Source: Sporosarcina sp. ZBG7A
Lineage (GTDB): Bacteria > Bacillota > Bacilli > Bacillales_A > Planococcaceae
Direction: 5' to 3'
Length of the DNA: 24,000 bases
Assembly (NCBI RefSeq): GCF_000813425.1
Contig: NZ_JWIB01000018.1
Location: 1 to 24,000 of the forward strand
Shown piece by piece: positions 1 through 8,632 of the stretch. Below the pieces are notes generated by a model. That model ran no database searches. It saw only the letters and a program-made list of their open reading frames with translations, and had not been told where the DNA came from. How positions within the stretch are numbered: position 1 is the stretch's first letter; the number at the start of each line of letters is the position of its first letter. The position numbers and the translations under genes were made by a program.

Positions 1-16
1 ATATTATAGAACCAAT

Positions 17-238
17 AAAAAAGCCTCCTTCCCTCAAAATTGAAGGGACGGAAGCTCCGTGGTACCACCCAAATTAGCAGAAAAATCCTGCTCACTCATT
101 ATAGATAACGGCCAAAACCGGACTAATACATCGTCAGCTCCCTGTTTGTAATTCGTTATTGCACCTTGCTTGGTTCGCACCTACCACCAAGTCTCTGTTT
201 CCAAGGTTACAAAACTACTTCGAACAGTTCATCACATT
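17..238 (-). promoter_or_regulatory. T-box riboswitch leader (tRNA-sensing transcription attenuator); the regulated gene lies left of the window
   Basis: The minus strand reads TAATTTGGGTGGTACCACGG (rc of 57-76), matching the conserved T-box sequence. It overlaps a terminator hairpin (23-55) that is followed by a T-run. Stem I elements are visible upstream: GATGA, AGTA, an AGAGA bulge, a distal loop, and a specifier loop GAAUUACA closed by CTGTT/AACAG. Confidence 0.85.
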
Positions 239-245
239 TTTCAAT

Positions 246-274
246 ATCATAAATTGTTTAGATTGAATTGTCAA
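246..274 (-). promoter_or_regulatory. Sigma-A-type promoter for the T-box leader
   Basis: Minus strand has TTGACA, a 17-nt spacer, then TATGAT, placed just upstream of the T-box Stem I. Confidence 0.5.
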
Positions 275-449
275 TCAGTATATCGGATATAAGAAACAAT
301 TTCTAAGCTCTTCAAATCTACCTATCAAAATCCACTTTAGAAAATTCCGTCTAAAATGTTTGAATTTTATTATTGGATACAAATTTAATTTTTCTATAAA
401 GATGGTTAGTCTATAAATTCCCCATCATCGCATCAAGTAAATTGAAGAG

Positions 450-471
450 TCCACTACTTATAAGCAGTGGA
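450..471 (-). terminator. Hairpin downstream of the lnu-like gene (weak terminator candidate)
   Basis: Near-perfect palindrome TCCACTaCTTATAAGcAGTGGA lies 15 nt after the stop codon. The trailing T-tract is poor. Confidence 0.35.
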
Positions 472-485
472 TTTCCATACTTGAG

Positions 486-1289
486 TTATTCGTTGAGGTA
501 GCTGTAGAGCTTGCTAATAAGATCATTGTCAACATCAATTATATAGTGAGAGCCTAGTATCTCATTCAATGCTCTAACTATATTCAAAGCATTCTTATAA
601 GCGTTTTTTATTTCATTCTCCTCTAATTTCGAGGTTATTGATACATAGTCTTGATACGACTCTATACTTATATCTTCTTCTAAATTTTTGGTACTGTTTA
701 GCCATCGTTCAACCATATTTTCCTTTACCCTTATCATTTGTAGTATATATTTTTGCACATGGGTTAATGACTCCAGAGAACGGGCTAACTCTCCTCTTCT
801 CAGAACGTTTACACCCATCAACCAGGCATTCACGAAGTTATTAAATGCAAAGTTTACATTTTCATCGGTCGTTCGATCTGGTCCAGGTCCGCCTAAATTA
901 TAAAGCAAAGTCTTTAATTGCTCCGTAGAATCATAAATATACATAGACTCAGGATCAGGAAAAACTCCAGTAGGCTTAAAATCTTTTATGACTTCTATTT
1001 TTGATACTGGTAGAAAATGAAATTCTCCGCGTACCATATTTGAAAAAATCACTACCTCTGTGCCATACTCATTGAAAAAGATTAAGTCAGCTGGATAGAC
1101 TTCAGAAATCCAAACTCCTGAACTAAAATTATCCATTTCATCATCTTTAATGAATATATAAAATTCAACATCAGAGTACTGATCTCCTTCACCCTTTGTG
1201 AAAGAACCGTACATCATACATGCTGAAACCAATTCATCTTCACTACATTTATCTCTAACACTTTGAATAATTTTATTTTGAACTAACAT
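486..1289 (-). CDS. lnu: Nucleotidyltransferase-fold protein, Lnu(B)/LinB-like lincosamide nucleotidyltransferase (267 aa)
   Basis: ATG start is preceded by AAGGAG. The N-terminal motif CMMYGSFTKGEGDQYSDVEFYIF is a GS-x10-DxE nucleotidyltransferase signature. The blocks NEYGTEVVIF, RGEFHF and NVLRRGELARSLE, and the 267-aa length, agree with my recollection of Lnu(B). That identity is recalled, not searched. Confidence 0.7.
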   Translation of the reverse strand: MLVQNKIIQSVRDKCSEDELVSACMMYGSFTKGEGDQYSDVEFYIFIKDDEMDNFSSGVWISEVYPADLIFFNEYGTEVVIFSNMVRGEFHFLPVSKIEVIKDFKPTGVFPDPESMYIYDSTEQLKTLLYNLGGPGPDRTTDENVNFAFNNFVNAWLMGVNVLRRGELARSLESLTHVQKYILQMIRVKENMVERWLNSTKNLEEDISIESYQDYVSITSKLEENEIKNAYKNALNIVRALNEILGSHYIIDVDNDLISKLYSYLNE

Positions 1290-1299
1290 ATCTCAATCT

Positions 1300-1383
1300 C
1301 CTTATCTAATAATTTTCTTTTCAGATAAGGGATTTTTCAACTACTGGACAGCATGAGCAACACATGTATAATGCCCCTTCCAT
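1300..1383 (-). promoter_or_regulatory. Candidate translational attenuator: leader mini-ORF plus a hairpin that sequesters the lnu SD
   Basis: On the minus strand CCTTATCT (1330-1323) pairs with AGATAAGG (1307-1300), and the second arm overlaps the AAGGAG SD of lnu. A 14-codon ORF (ATG at 1365, MCCSCCPVVEKSLI, preceded by GGAAGGGG) ends at a TGA (1323-1321) at the 3' edge of the first arm. Confidence 0.3.
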
Positions 1384-1398
1384 TACTTATTCAGGATG

Positions 1399-1427
1399 AG
1401 TATAACATAAAATATGAATGATTGTAA
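1399..1427 (-). promoter_or_regulatory. Sigma-A-type promoter for the lnu-like gene
   Basis: Minus strand has TTACAA, a 17-nt spacer, then TATACT, about 110 nt upstream of the lnu start. Confidence 0.45.
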
Positions 1428-2154
1428 TTTCAGTTAATCCTTTTTATATCCATTAAGAGGAATAGTAATGTGTTTTGAAAAAATATAATACAGACTTGTG
1501 AAATGTTAGGATTTACTGACCCTTTACACATTAACTCCATTGGATTCTTCATACGGTTTTACGATAGATTCTAATTAACCGAACTTTTCATCGTGTTTTT
1601 TGCATCTTTGTAATTTTTAGTACTACTAATTCCACATAGTCATAAAATAAATAAAGAACTTATTAAGGATATATATTCCATCATTGTTCGAGGTTTATTT
1701 TCGCCCTAAATATTAATTTTTCAGCAATAAGTATGCTTCAATTTCATTGTGGGGAATTGCATCTTTTGTGGGTGTACTTTATTCTGTTGCAATTATGTAT
1801 TAAGTCTCACCAAATTTAATTTTCCCATCCGGATATGTATTTTCATACAAGCTTTTTTTGCTTCCTCCACGGGGAAATCTAAATGGCCACGCTTTATTTT
1901 AAAATCATAATTATATCATAATAAAGTTTCGTTCTAATTTGTGATTGAATTACGCTATATACAGGCGGACATCACTAACTGTCTTCACCGCAATATCAGT
2001 GCGATTTCGAACAGCTCAGAAAAAAACTAAACCTATCCGTCAACGATAGTATATTAAATTATAACAATCGCCTCTCCCATTCTAATTTTCAATCCTGATT
2101 CACCAAAAGAATTTGTTATGTATTCAATCTTATATTTCGCACAAACACTCTATA

Positions 2155-2192
2155 TTAAATAAACCTCACGCATCCATTGAATGTGTGAGGTT
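2155..2192 (-). terminator. Rho-independent terminator of the catalase gene
   Basis: A 10-bp stem CCTCACACAT/ATGCGTGAGG (with one G-U pair) lies 16 nt after the stop and is followed by TTTATTT on the minus strand. Confidence 0.6.
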
Positions 2193-2207
2193 CCTTAGTT
2201 TCAGTTA

Positions 2208-3851
2208 TTAATAAGGATCTGCTTCATGTCCTTTTTCAACTGCATCCTCCACCGCTTCTTTTGACTCAGGAGTCCCTTGTCCAAATTTCGACTTCCCTGA
2301 ATCACGCCCCGGAATGTCGGATCCAGCAGTTGTTTCTTTCATTTCTCTTACTTTTTTCTCAATGCCTTCTTTGACGAGACGGCCGTATTCTTCATCTGCT
2401 TCGGTGAAGTGTTCAATCATAGCTTCTTGAATACGGGAATCGCATGCCGATAGTGCCTCTGAAAGATTGTGAATCAATTCTTTTCGCTCCCAATCCTCGA
2501 ACTGACGGAACGTTTCACCCGCTTGCCCATAATTATTCGGACGGTCGATTGGCGCACTCATGGCTGCTGCGTTATACGTTGGTCGATGTGGCGGTCGAGT
2601 ATCCTCATGAGCTTCCTCAAATCCGCCAAGCATGGATGGTTCATAATTGATATGAGGATTTTCACCGGACTCACGGGAATCGCGAATATCCATCTGTCCC
2701 CGTTGCTGATTGGTGCGGACAGCCGCTTTAGGTGCATTGACAGGTAGCTGCAAATAATTGGTGCCTACTCTATGACGCTGCGTATCCGAATAGGAGAATG
2801 TCCGACCTTGTAGCATCTTGTCATCTGAGAAGTCCATACCATCCACAAGCACTCCAGTTCCGAAGGCAGCTTGCTCAATGTCCATATGGAAATCCTCAGG
2901 GTTACGATCCAATACCATACGTCCCACCGGCAACCAAGGAAATTGATCTTCCGGCCAGAGCTTTGTATCGTCGAGCGGATCGAAATCCAGTTCAGGGTGG
3001 TATCCGTCTTCCATAATCTGCACAAATAATTCCCATTCCGGATAGTCTTCACGCTCTATCGCTTCATGCAAATCCTGTGTAGCATGTCCTACATTCTTCC
3101 CTTGAACTTCATCTGCATCATCCTGTGTTAGATTACGAATACCTTGTTTCGGTTCCCAATGATATTTGACCAGTACAGCCACCCCTTTTTCATTCACCCA
3201 CTTATACGTATTCACACCTGATCCTTGCATGTGACGATAGGTCGCAGGGATGCCCCATGGCGAGAACAGAAAGGTAATCATATGGATAGACTCCGGAGTT
3301 CGAGACACAAAGTCAAACATCCGTTGCGGATGCGGAACATTCGAGACAGGGTCAGCTTTGAACGCGTGAATCATGTCCGGAAACTTCATGGCATCACGGA
3401 TGAAAAAGATTTTCAAATTATTCCCGACCAAGTCCCAGTTTCCGTCTTCGGTATACATTTTCACCGCAAATCCCCTTGGATCCCGTGCAGTTTCAGGAGA
3501 GTCTTTTGCTCCTGCCACAGTAGAAAAACGAGCCAATAGGGGTGTTCGTTTCCCTTCACCTGAAAACACTTTGGCACGGGTATACTTCTCCACTGGCTCA
3601 TCCCCCGCCTTGCCATAAGTTTCAAAATAACCAAATGCACCAGAGCCCCTCGCATGGACGACACGTTCCGGAATTTCTTCACGATCAAAATGAGAAATCT
3701 TTTCTATGAAATGATAATTCTCAAGTGTTGCAGGACCACGGTCTCCAATCGTCCGGATGTTCTGATTATCTTTCACAGGATGCCCTTGGCGCGTAGTGAG
3801 TGTTTCCCGTTTCATCTCTTTTTTATTCTGCTTAGTCTTATCCTTCTTCAA
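2208..3851 (-). CDS. katX: Monofunctional heme catalase (547 aa, KatX-like)
   Basis: TTG start sits 5 nt after GAGGAGGAG. Catalase signatures are present: [38 protein letters not shown] and [14 protein letters not shown]. The length equals B. subtilis KatX as I recall it. The symbol is by analogy only. Confidence 0.9.
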   Translation of the reverse strand: MKKDKTKQNKKEMKRETLTTRQGHPVKDNQNIRTIGDRGPATLENYHFIEKISHFDREEIPERVVHARGSGAFGYFETYGKAGDEPVEKYTRAKVFSGEGKRTPLLARFSTVAGAKDSPETARDPRGFAVKMYTEDGNWDLVGNNLKIFFIRDAMKFPDMIHAFKADPVSNVPHPQRMFDFVSRTPESIHMITFLFSPWGIPATYRHMQGSGVNTYKWVNEKGVAVLVKYHWEPKQGIRNLTQDDADEVQGKNVGHATQDLHEAIEREDYPEWELFVQIMEDGYHPELDFDPLDDTKLWPEDQFPWLPVGRMVLDRNPEDFHMDIEQAAFGTGVLVDGMDFSDDKMLQGRTFSYSDTQRHRVGTNYLQLPVNAPKAAVRTNQQRGQMDIRDSRESGENPHINYEPSMLGGFEEAHEDTRPPHRPTYNAAAMSAPIDRPNNYGQAGETFRQFEDWERKELIHNLSEALSACDSRIQEAMIEHFTEADEEYGRLVKEGIEKKVREMKETTAGSDIPGRDSGKSKFGQGTPESKEAVEDAVEKGHEADPY

Positions 3852-4361
3852 CAGAACTCCTCCTCAACCAATGTTCTCAGAAAATGATAAATGAACCTTT
3901 TCCTAATTTAGTTACAGTTCACTTATAGAGACAGCTTATCCATAAAAAGTTTAAAGGAAACTCATTTTTTGATCGTGGCTTTGTTATTTGAAATTCAAAA
4001 TGCATTTCGTGCAATCTCATCATGAAGTTGCTTAATAGTTCCAAGCGTGCGTCCACATTGCACATCTCCTTTTTGGCATGCAGATGAATCTATAGATATG
4101 AACAGCCACTTAAACTTAAGATTTCAAATGACCCTGGCTGAGAAGTTCTTAAATAATATAATCCCTCTACCCCCCCGCTTTTAATTTCAAGCCATCCAAA
4201 ATAATTACTAGTGCCCCAAAGACATTTAGAAAGAATAATCTTTCGCTTATTTAAATCATAAGAAGACTATCGGACAACTCTGGAGAACTCATTAAAAACT
4301 TAAATATCTTATATTAAAAAGCGCTCCTACTATGTTTAGATAGAGATATTATAGTTGAACT

Positions 4362-4405
4362 AAAAAGCCTGCATCTTAGATCACAAAGTAATCAGAGATA
4401 CAGGC
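4362..4405 (-). terminator. Rho-independent terminator downstream of the cysteine-hydrolase gene
   Basis: On the minus strand GCCTGTATCT...AGATGCAGGC forms a 10-bp stem with one mismatch, followed by TTTTT. Confidence 0.5.
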
Positions 4406-4496
4406 ATTTGATTATTCTTACTTCACTAAATTAAGCGATTCAAAGGCAACCCTTATGCATTAATCGCCCCATTTGATGAAGAAATTATAAATATCA

Positions 4497-5054
4497 TTAT
4501 CGAAACTCATTGTGATTTGGAACAAACAAATTTTCACTTACATTTCTAACCACTGAAAAATTATCAACGTTGTAATGTCCATGAAGAGCTTCATTATGAT
4601 GGGCTATGATTTGCTCAGCAGTTAGAGATTGGGAGTCCGTTGTTGAATGACTATCGCCTACTAAGGTGACATCGAAGCCACTTACTGTTGCCGTTCTAAC
4701 CGCAGTATCAATACAATGCTCCGTTTTGCAGCCCATTATAACAAGATGCTCAACCATGTTATCTTGTAAAAAAACCAATAATGGAGTTTCATAAAACGAA
4801 TTTGTCGCCTCTTTATCAAATGTCTTAGAATCTTTAGGGATATGAATATCAGAATGGATCTCGAATCCCTTACCTATGCCTTCAGCAACATCTTTATCTC
4901 TTATGAAGACAACAAAACTATCCGATGCACTTGCTTTTTCTACCACTGTATTAATATTATCCAACAATGAAGTCTTATTATAGACGCTACATTCTTTTTC
5001 ATTACCATCAATTAGTTCTTGTTGTGCATCAATAACTAGTAAAGCTTGTTTCAA
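4497..5054 (-). CDS. Isochorismatase-family cysteine hydrolase (185 aa)
   Basis: TTG start follows AAGGGAG. The N-terminus ALLVIDAQQE and a later GCKTEHCIDTAVR block (catalytic Cys context) are typical of the isochorismatase/YcaC fold. Confidence 0.85.
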   Translation of the reverse strand: MKQALLVIDAQQELIDGNEKECSVYNKTSLLDNINTVVEKASASDSFVVFIRDKDVAEGIGKGFEIHSDIHIPKDSKTFDKEATNSFYETPLLVFLQDNMVEHLVIMGCKTEHCIDTAVRTATVSGFDVTLVGDSHSTTDSQSLTAEQIIAHHNEALHGHYNVDNFSVVRNVSENLFVPNHNEFR

Positions 5055-5172
5055 TAAAAAAACTCCCTTTTATTTAAAATTTATTTTCCCTCATTATCTC
5101 GTAAACTACCCCTATTAATGAATGGGAGTAGACTCTAAATGCCAGAATCTCCACCAATTATAGTAATGCAAT

Positions 5173-5328
5173 TCAGTCTTCCTTCTCTTCTTTTTTAACT
5201 ATATAACCTAGCAAAAACCCAAATAACGCAACAATTATGTATTGCATATCAAAGCTCTTTGTAAAGAAGCTGATAATTAACCAACCTACAATCATTCCTG
5301 CTATTGCTAAAATCACATTTTTAGACAT
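5173..5328 (-). CDS. Small two-helix membrane protein (51 aa from the internal ATG)
   Basis: The track ORF is 5173..5400, but the ATG at 5328 follows AAGGAAGGAGA with a 7-nt spacer. The product MSKNVILAIAGMIVGWLIISFF... is hydrophobic. Confidence 0.5.
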   Translation of the reverse strand: MSKNVILAIAGMIVGWLIISFFTKSFDMQYIIVALFGFLLGYIVKKEEKED

Positions 5329-5468
5329 CCCTTGTTCTCCTTCCTTATCGTATTTCTTCGCTCCTGTAATCTTCTTCAAAATGGCTCTATTCTTGCACAT
5401 TGTTGTACAGTAAAAGCCCCCAATGGTGGCACAATCAAAATTAATTTCCTATTACTTCACTAATTTAG

Positions 5469-6203
5469 TCACAGAGGAAGCTTACTAGCTAGGATATATT
5501 CACGAACGAACTGCAACATCTTTTTCTGCATTTCGGTAACATTCTTTTCATTATCCAATAAATACCCTATGTGATAAATGTGTCCGTTGTAGTATGCATA
5601 GAATTCATTAGCAGCAGTCCCTGTGGCGATTATTCCATTTTCATTTTCTTCATAATACGTAAATAGCAACGCACTATTCGTTGTCAGGACTTGCTGATAG
5701 ATAGAAAGATTTTCCGTTAGCTGCTCTTTTATAAGTTTGTTTCCTACCGAGTCAACCTGATCAGTTATATCGTATAATTCTATCGGATTTTTATCTGCTT
5801 CAGTCACTGAAACGATAAAGAAATCATTAGTTTGTTCGTACTCATCCATACCAAGATAGCTTAATTGTACCTGGTGCTTTATTTTTCCGTTTTTATCTTT
5901 CGACTCCACTAGATAAGCTTTCTCTTCATCCACTTTAAACGGCAGCTTGTCTGAGTCAATTTTATTCATAGTATCTTTTATTTGTATCGGCAAGGATGAT
6001 CCTTCTTCATTTATTAGAAAAGGCTTGTAGTATGTAATATGCTCCCTTTCATCTAAACCATCATAAGCTTTGAAATACTCGCTATAAGTTAGTCCATTCC
6101 CTTTCACTTTAATAAGTTCAGATTTATCGATTGAACATCCTAACAGTATAGAACTCGTAAAGATCAATGCGAATAATAAGCTAGTTAATTTTCTGTTTGT
6201 CAT
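5469..6203 (-). CDS. Lipoprotein of unknown function (244 aa)
   Basis: ATG follows GAAGGAGA. A signal peptide ends in the lipobox LLGC. Confidence 0.8.
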   Translation of the reverse strand: MTNRKLTSLLFALIFTSSILLGCSIDKSELIKVKGNGLTYSEYFKAYDGLDEREHITYYKPFLINEEGSSLPIQIKDTMNKIDSDKLPFKVDEEKAYLVESKDKNGKIKHQVQLSYLGMDEYEQTNDFFIVSVTEADKNPIELYDITDQVDSVGNKLIKEQLTENLSIYQQVLTTNSALLFTYYEENENGIIATGTAANEFYAYYNGHIYHIGYLLDNEKNVTEMQKKMLQFVREYILASKLPL

Positions 6204-6613
6204 ACTCAGTTCTCCTTCATTCCAAAATGATCATCAGACTAGCATAATTAATGTTTCCATCTAACAAGTGTACATTCTTCAATTTAGCTCTAATACTGAA
6301 AAAGGGTGCAATTCTTCTTCGAGAAATGCATCCAATTGAAGCATAAACCTTATGAAACAACTGTATTCATTACTTGAATGTCTGATAATGGTAGGTCAGG
6401 TGTAAAGGTATCAATTGCAATACTAATAAGTAATATAGTCCATAGAATCATAATAATTATATTCCCTATTCTGATTAATTAATTTGAACATCAGACAATA
6501 GCCCCCGATTGTAGTCTTGTACTTATTAATAAAAAGCTATTAACTCTTGTTTTCCCAAAAAATATTTTGTTCGATAATAAAAAAATATAGGTGTAGCAAG
6601 TTTTGAAGTTAAT

Positions 6614-6988
6614 CTAATTTAAAATTCTATAAATCTCTTCTGCCGAGTTTATAACATAAACTGTATGCGTATTGCTCTTTTTCATCACAGTTGCCCGTTT
6701 AGAATTCTCGTGTATCCACAAATAGTATTCTTTATTTTTTATTTTCAAGATATGAGTAGGATCAGCCATATCTGCTACTCCGCTTATCCTTTTAGCCCTT
6801 CTTATAGATTTTTTAATTGTTTTTATATCACTTTGGTTCGTGATTTTTTTAAAAGAGTTTGGCTTAACTGTATCAAAATCTACTAATTCTCGACTTTCAA
6901 TGTTAGGGGTGTAAATGAAAAACATGTAACTAGAAAGTAAAATAAGGACGAGAATAAAGATACCACCTAATTTCTTAGTAAATTGCAT
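6614..6988 (-). CDS. N-terminally membrane-anchored protein of unknown function (124 aa)
   Basis: ATG follows ACGGAGGG. There is a single N-terminal TM helix and then a soluble domain. Confidence 0.7.
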   Translation of the reverse strand: MQFTKKLGGIFILVLILLSSYMFFIYTPNIESRELVDFDTVKPNSFKKITNQSDIKTIKKSIRRAKRISGVADMADPTHILKIKNKEYYLWIHENSKRATVMKKSNTHTVYVINSAEEIYRILN

Positions 6989-7102
6989 CTTAGCCCTCCG
7001 TTTCTATCATCAATTTGGCCCTTATGTAAATCATATGCAATTCCTTGTGCCAGAATTGTCCCCAATAGTGGAAGATAGCTCATTTAAAACGCTCTGTTAT
7101 CT

Positions 7103-7537
7103 TTATGAAAAGTTGACTTTCTTTCCAAATATAGAATTGCCGATGACATAAAATATTGTAATGATGATAGCACTAACAGTTGGATAGCCGATATAAACCG
7201 CCAGACTCGTATGTTCAACTAAACTAAATTCTCCCCATTCAAGCCATAAACGCCAACCCATTCCAAGGCCGTTTAAAATTATACAAATCGTAAAAACAAA
7301 CCATATTCTATCTTTAAATAAGCCTACAAATATGTTTGCTGCAATGAAATACATTAATAATGTCAAAGCCATAGAAGACAAACTAAACCCTTTCAGTCCG
7401 GGGATTACAAAGGTGAATGATATTCCCGAATAGAAAAGAATGGTTATAATCGCAAATATCAAAAATGTATTTCGTGATTTGCCTACCCGCTTATAGAACT
7501 GTTCTCCTAACAATAGTTTCCTCTCCAATTTCTTCAT
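7103..7537 (-). CDS. Polytopic membrane protein of unknown function (144 aa, about 4 TM)
   Basis: Long ORF with four hydrophobic segments. The SD is weak. Confidence 0.65.
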   Translation of the reverse strand: MKKLERKLLLGEQFYKRVGKSRNTFLIFAIITILFYSGISFTFVIPGLKGFSLSSMALTLLMYFIAANIFVGLFKDRIWFVFTICIILNGLGMGWRLWLEWGEFSLVEHTSLAVYIGYPTVSAIIITIFYVIGNSIFGKKVNFS

Positions 7538-7629
7538 CTCGTTTTTTTATAGTGAACAATATGTTTTCAGGCTATTAACAAACGTTTAGATATTGTTCCG
7601 TTAAAGTGGCCAGTTTGATGAATGGACGC

Positions 7630-7795
7630 TTTATTTATAGTACTCGCCGTTGCTTGGAGCGGAAGACGGACGACTCCGGAGGGATCAGCGTGCGCCTTGA
7701 GACCCCGCAGAGAGCGTTTTTGCGACCGAGGAGGCTCAAGCCACGCCCCTCGGAAAGCGTTCCGTCTGGAGCGCAAAGCAACAATCTGCATACTA
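7630..7795. repeat. Isolated GC-rich intergenic element made of two degenerate modules
   Basis: Spot counts on single 60-nt lines give about 63% G+C (7681-7740) against about 32% in the flank (7861-7920). Two related modules each contain CTGGAGCG(G/C)AA. Local palindromes are CTCCGGAG and CGGAAagcgTTCCG. Three mutually overlapping track ORFs on both strands cover it. Confidence 0.55.
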
Positions 7796-7885
7796 GATAG
7801 TGGCCCGATTGCGGTGTTGGAGCATTTGTTTATAATACAAACGCACCCGAATGTTTATATCTATCAGTTTCTCATTTCCCAATAT

Positions 7886-8059
7886 CTATTTTGCCTCTCT
7901 ATTCTCTTTTCCACTTAAAAAATATAAAACTGCTAGAAAACCTACCAATAAAAGTACATTTACGACAAATGGATACCCCCTCGAATAATTTGTAATTGTA
8001 AAATAGACTTCCAGCGGAATAAATAATAAACAAAAGATAATGTATACTTTATTCTTCAT
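7886..8059 (-). CDS. Possible small two-TM membrane peptide (57 aa), not in the ORF track
   Basis: ATG at 8059 is preceded by AGGGG about 10 nt upstream. It translates to MKNKVYIIFCLLFIPLEVYFTITNYSRGYPFVVNVLLLVGFLAVLYFLSGKENREAK. Confidence 0.35.
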   Translation of the reverse strand: MKNKVYIIFCLLFIPLEVYFTITNYSRGYPFVVNVLLLVGFLAVLYFLSGKENREAK

Positions 8060-8092
8060 CTACTAACAACCCCTAGTGTTAAAAGATGTTCT

Positions 8093-8233
8093 TTAACCAA
8101 GTACTCCGTTCTCCTCTAAGTGCATACATCCAATATTTGCTTTCTGAGTAAGGGCAATACGTGTCAATATAAAATCCGAACTGAATTGTGTGACCTTTTT
8201 GCCCATTTCTTTTTTAAATTGATAAATTTCCAT
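8093..8233 (-). pseudogene. Truncated N-terminal remnant of a small cupin-domain protein (46 codons)
   Basis: ATG at 8233 follows GGGGTGA. MEIYQFKKEMGKKVTQFSSDFILTRIALTQKANIGCMHLEENGVLG ends in a stop exactly where the cupin GxxxxHxH motif would begin. The family resemblance is recalled, not searched. Confidence 0.45.
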
Positions 8234-8632
8234 AGGATCACCCCGACTGTTCAATAATATTTCTTCATGCTTTAATAGCCTATACATTTTCATTATTAAA
8301 CTTTTAATATCCCTAGAAAAAACCAAGCCATTCTAAACTTACCGGCCGGTTTCAGGCACGATGATTCTTCTACAACTGCACCCGATAATAGAGATAGATT
8401 TTTGAAAGGATTACTGATTTTCAATAAACTCCCGCTCTATCTCTACAACTTATTTATTCTTATCTAAGAATAAGAAATCGTCAGCCTATTTGAATGCACA
8501 AATATATTACTTTTCTGCTATAAATACATACCTGTCTTCCACCAGCCAATCGTCAGATTCGATCGATTTTGTCTTCAATCCTGTCAAGCTGCCGTGTTAG
8601 TGTTGCTTCAACCCTTGAACTGCTGCAATTCG

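Noticed and set aside
379-1826. A 13-nt direct repeat CAAATTTAATTTT at about 380-392 and about 1811-1823 flanking the lnu-like gene, considered as possible insertion boundaries.
   Set aside because: A 13-nt match in AT-rich DNA is expected by chance several times among all position pairs in a 24-kb window. No inverted terminal repeats or recombinase gene accompany it.
4032-4072. An 8-codon mini-ORF (MWTHAWNY) with a strong SD (AAAGGAGA) on the minus strand, about 180 nt upstream of the catalase start; considered as a possible leader peptide.
   Set aside because: No terminator or antiterminator or SD-sequestering structure links it to the catalase. It is too short to evaluate, and an isolated SD-ATG pair can occur by chance in a 645-bp gap.
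6378-6479. A 33-codon hydrophobic minus-strand ORF (MILWTILLISIAIDTF...) in the 6204-6613 gap.
   Set aside because: The SD-like AGGGA is about 11 nt from the ATG and weak. There is no supporting context, so the evidence is insufficient to call a gene.
7567-7918. Three overlapping ORFs (74, 64 and 98 aa) on both strands.
   Set aside because: They exist only because the GC-rich repeat lacks stop codons. They overlap each other in different frames and strands, are Arg/Pro/Ser/Gly-rich, and have no SD. They are better explained as a non-coding repeat.
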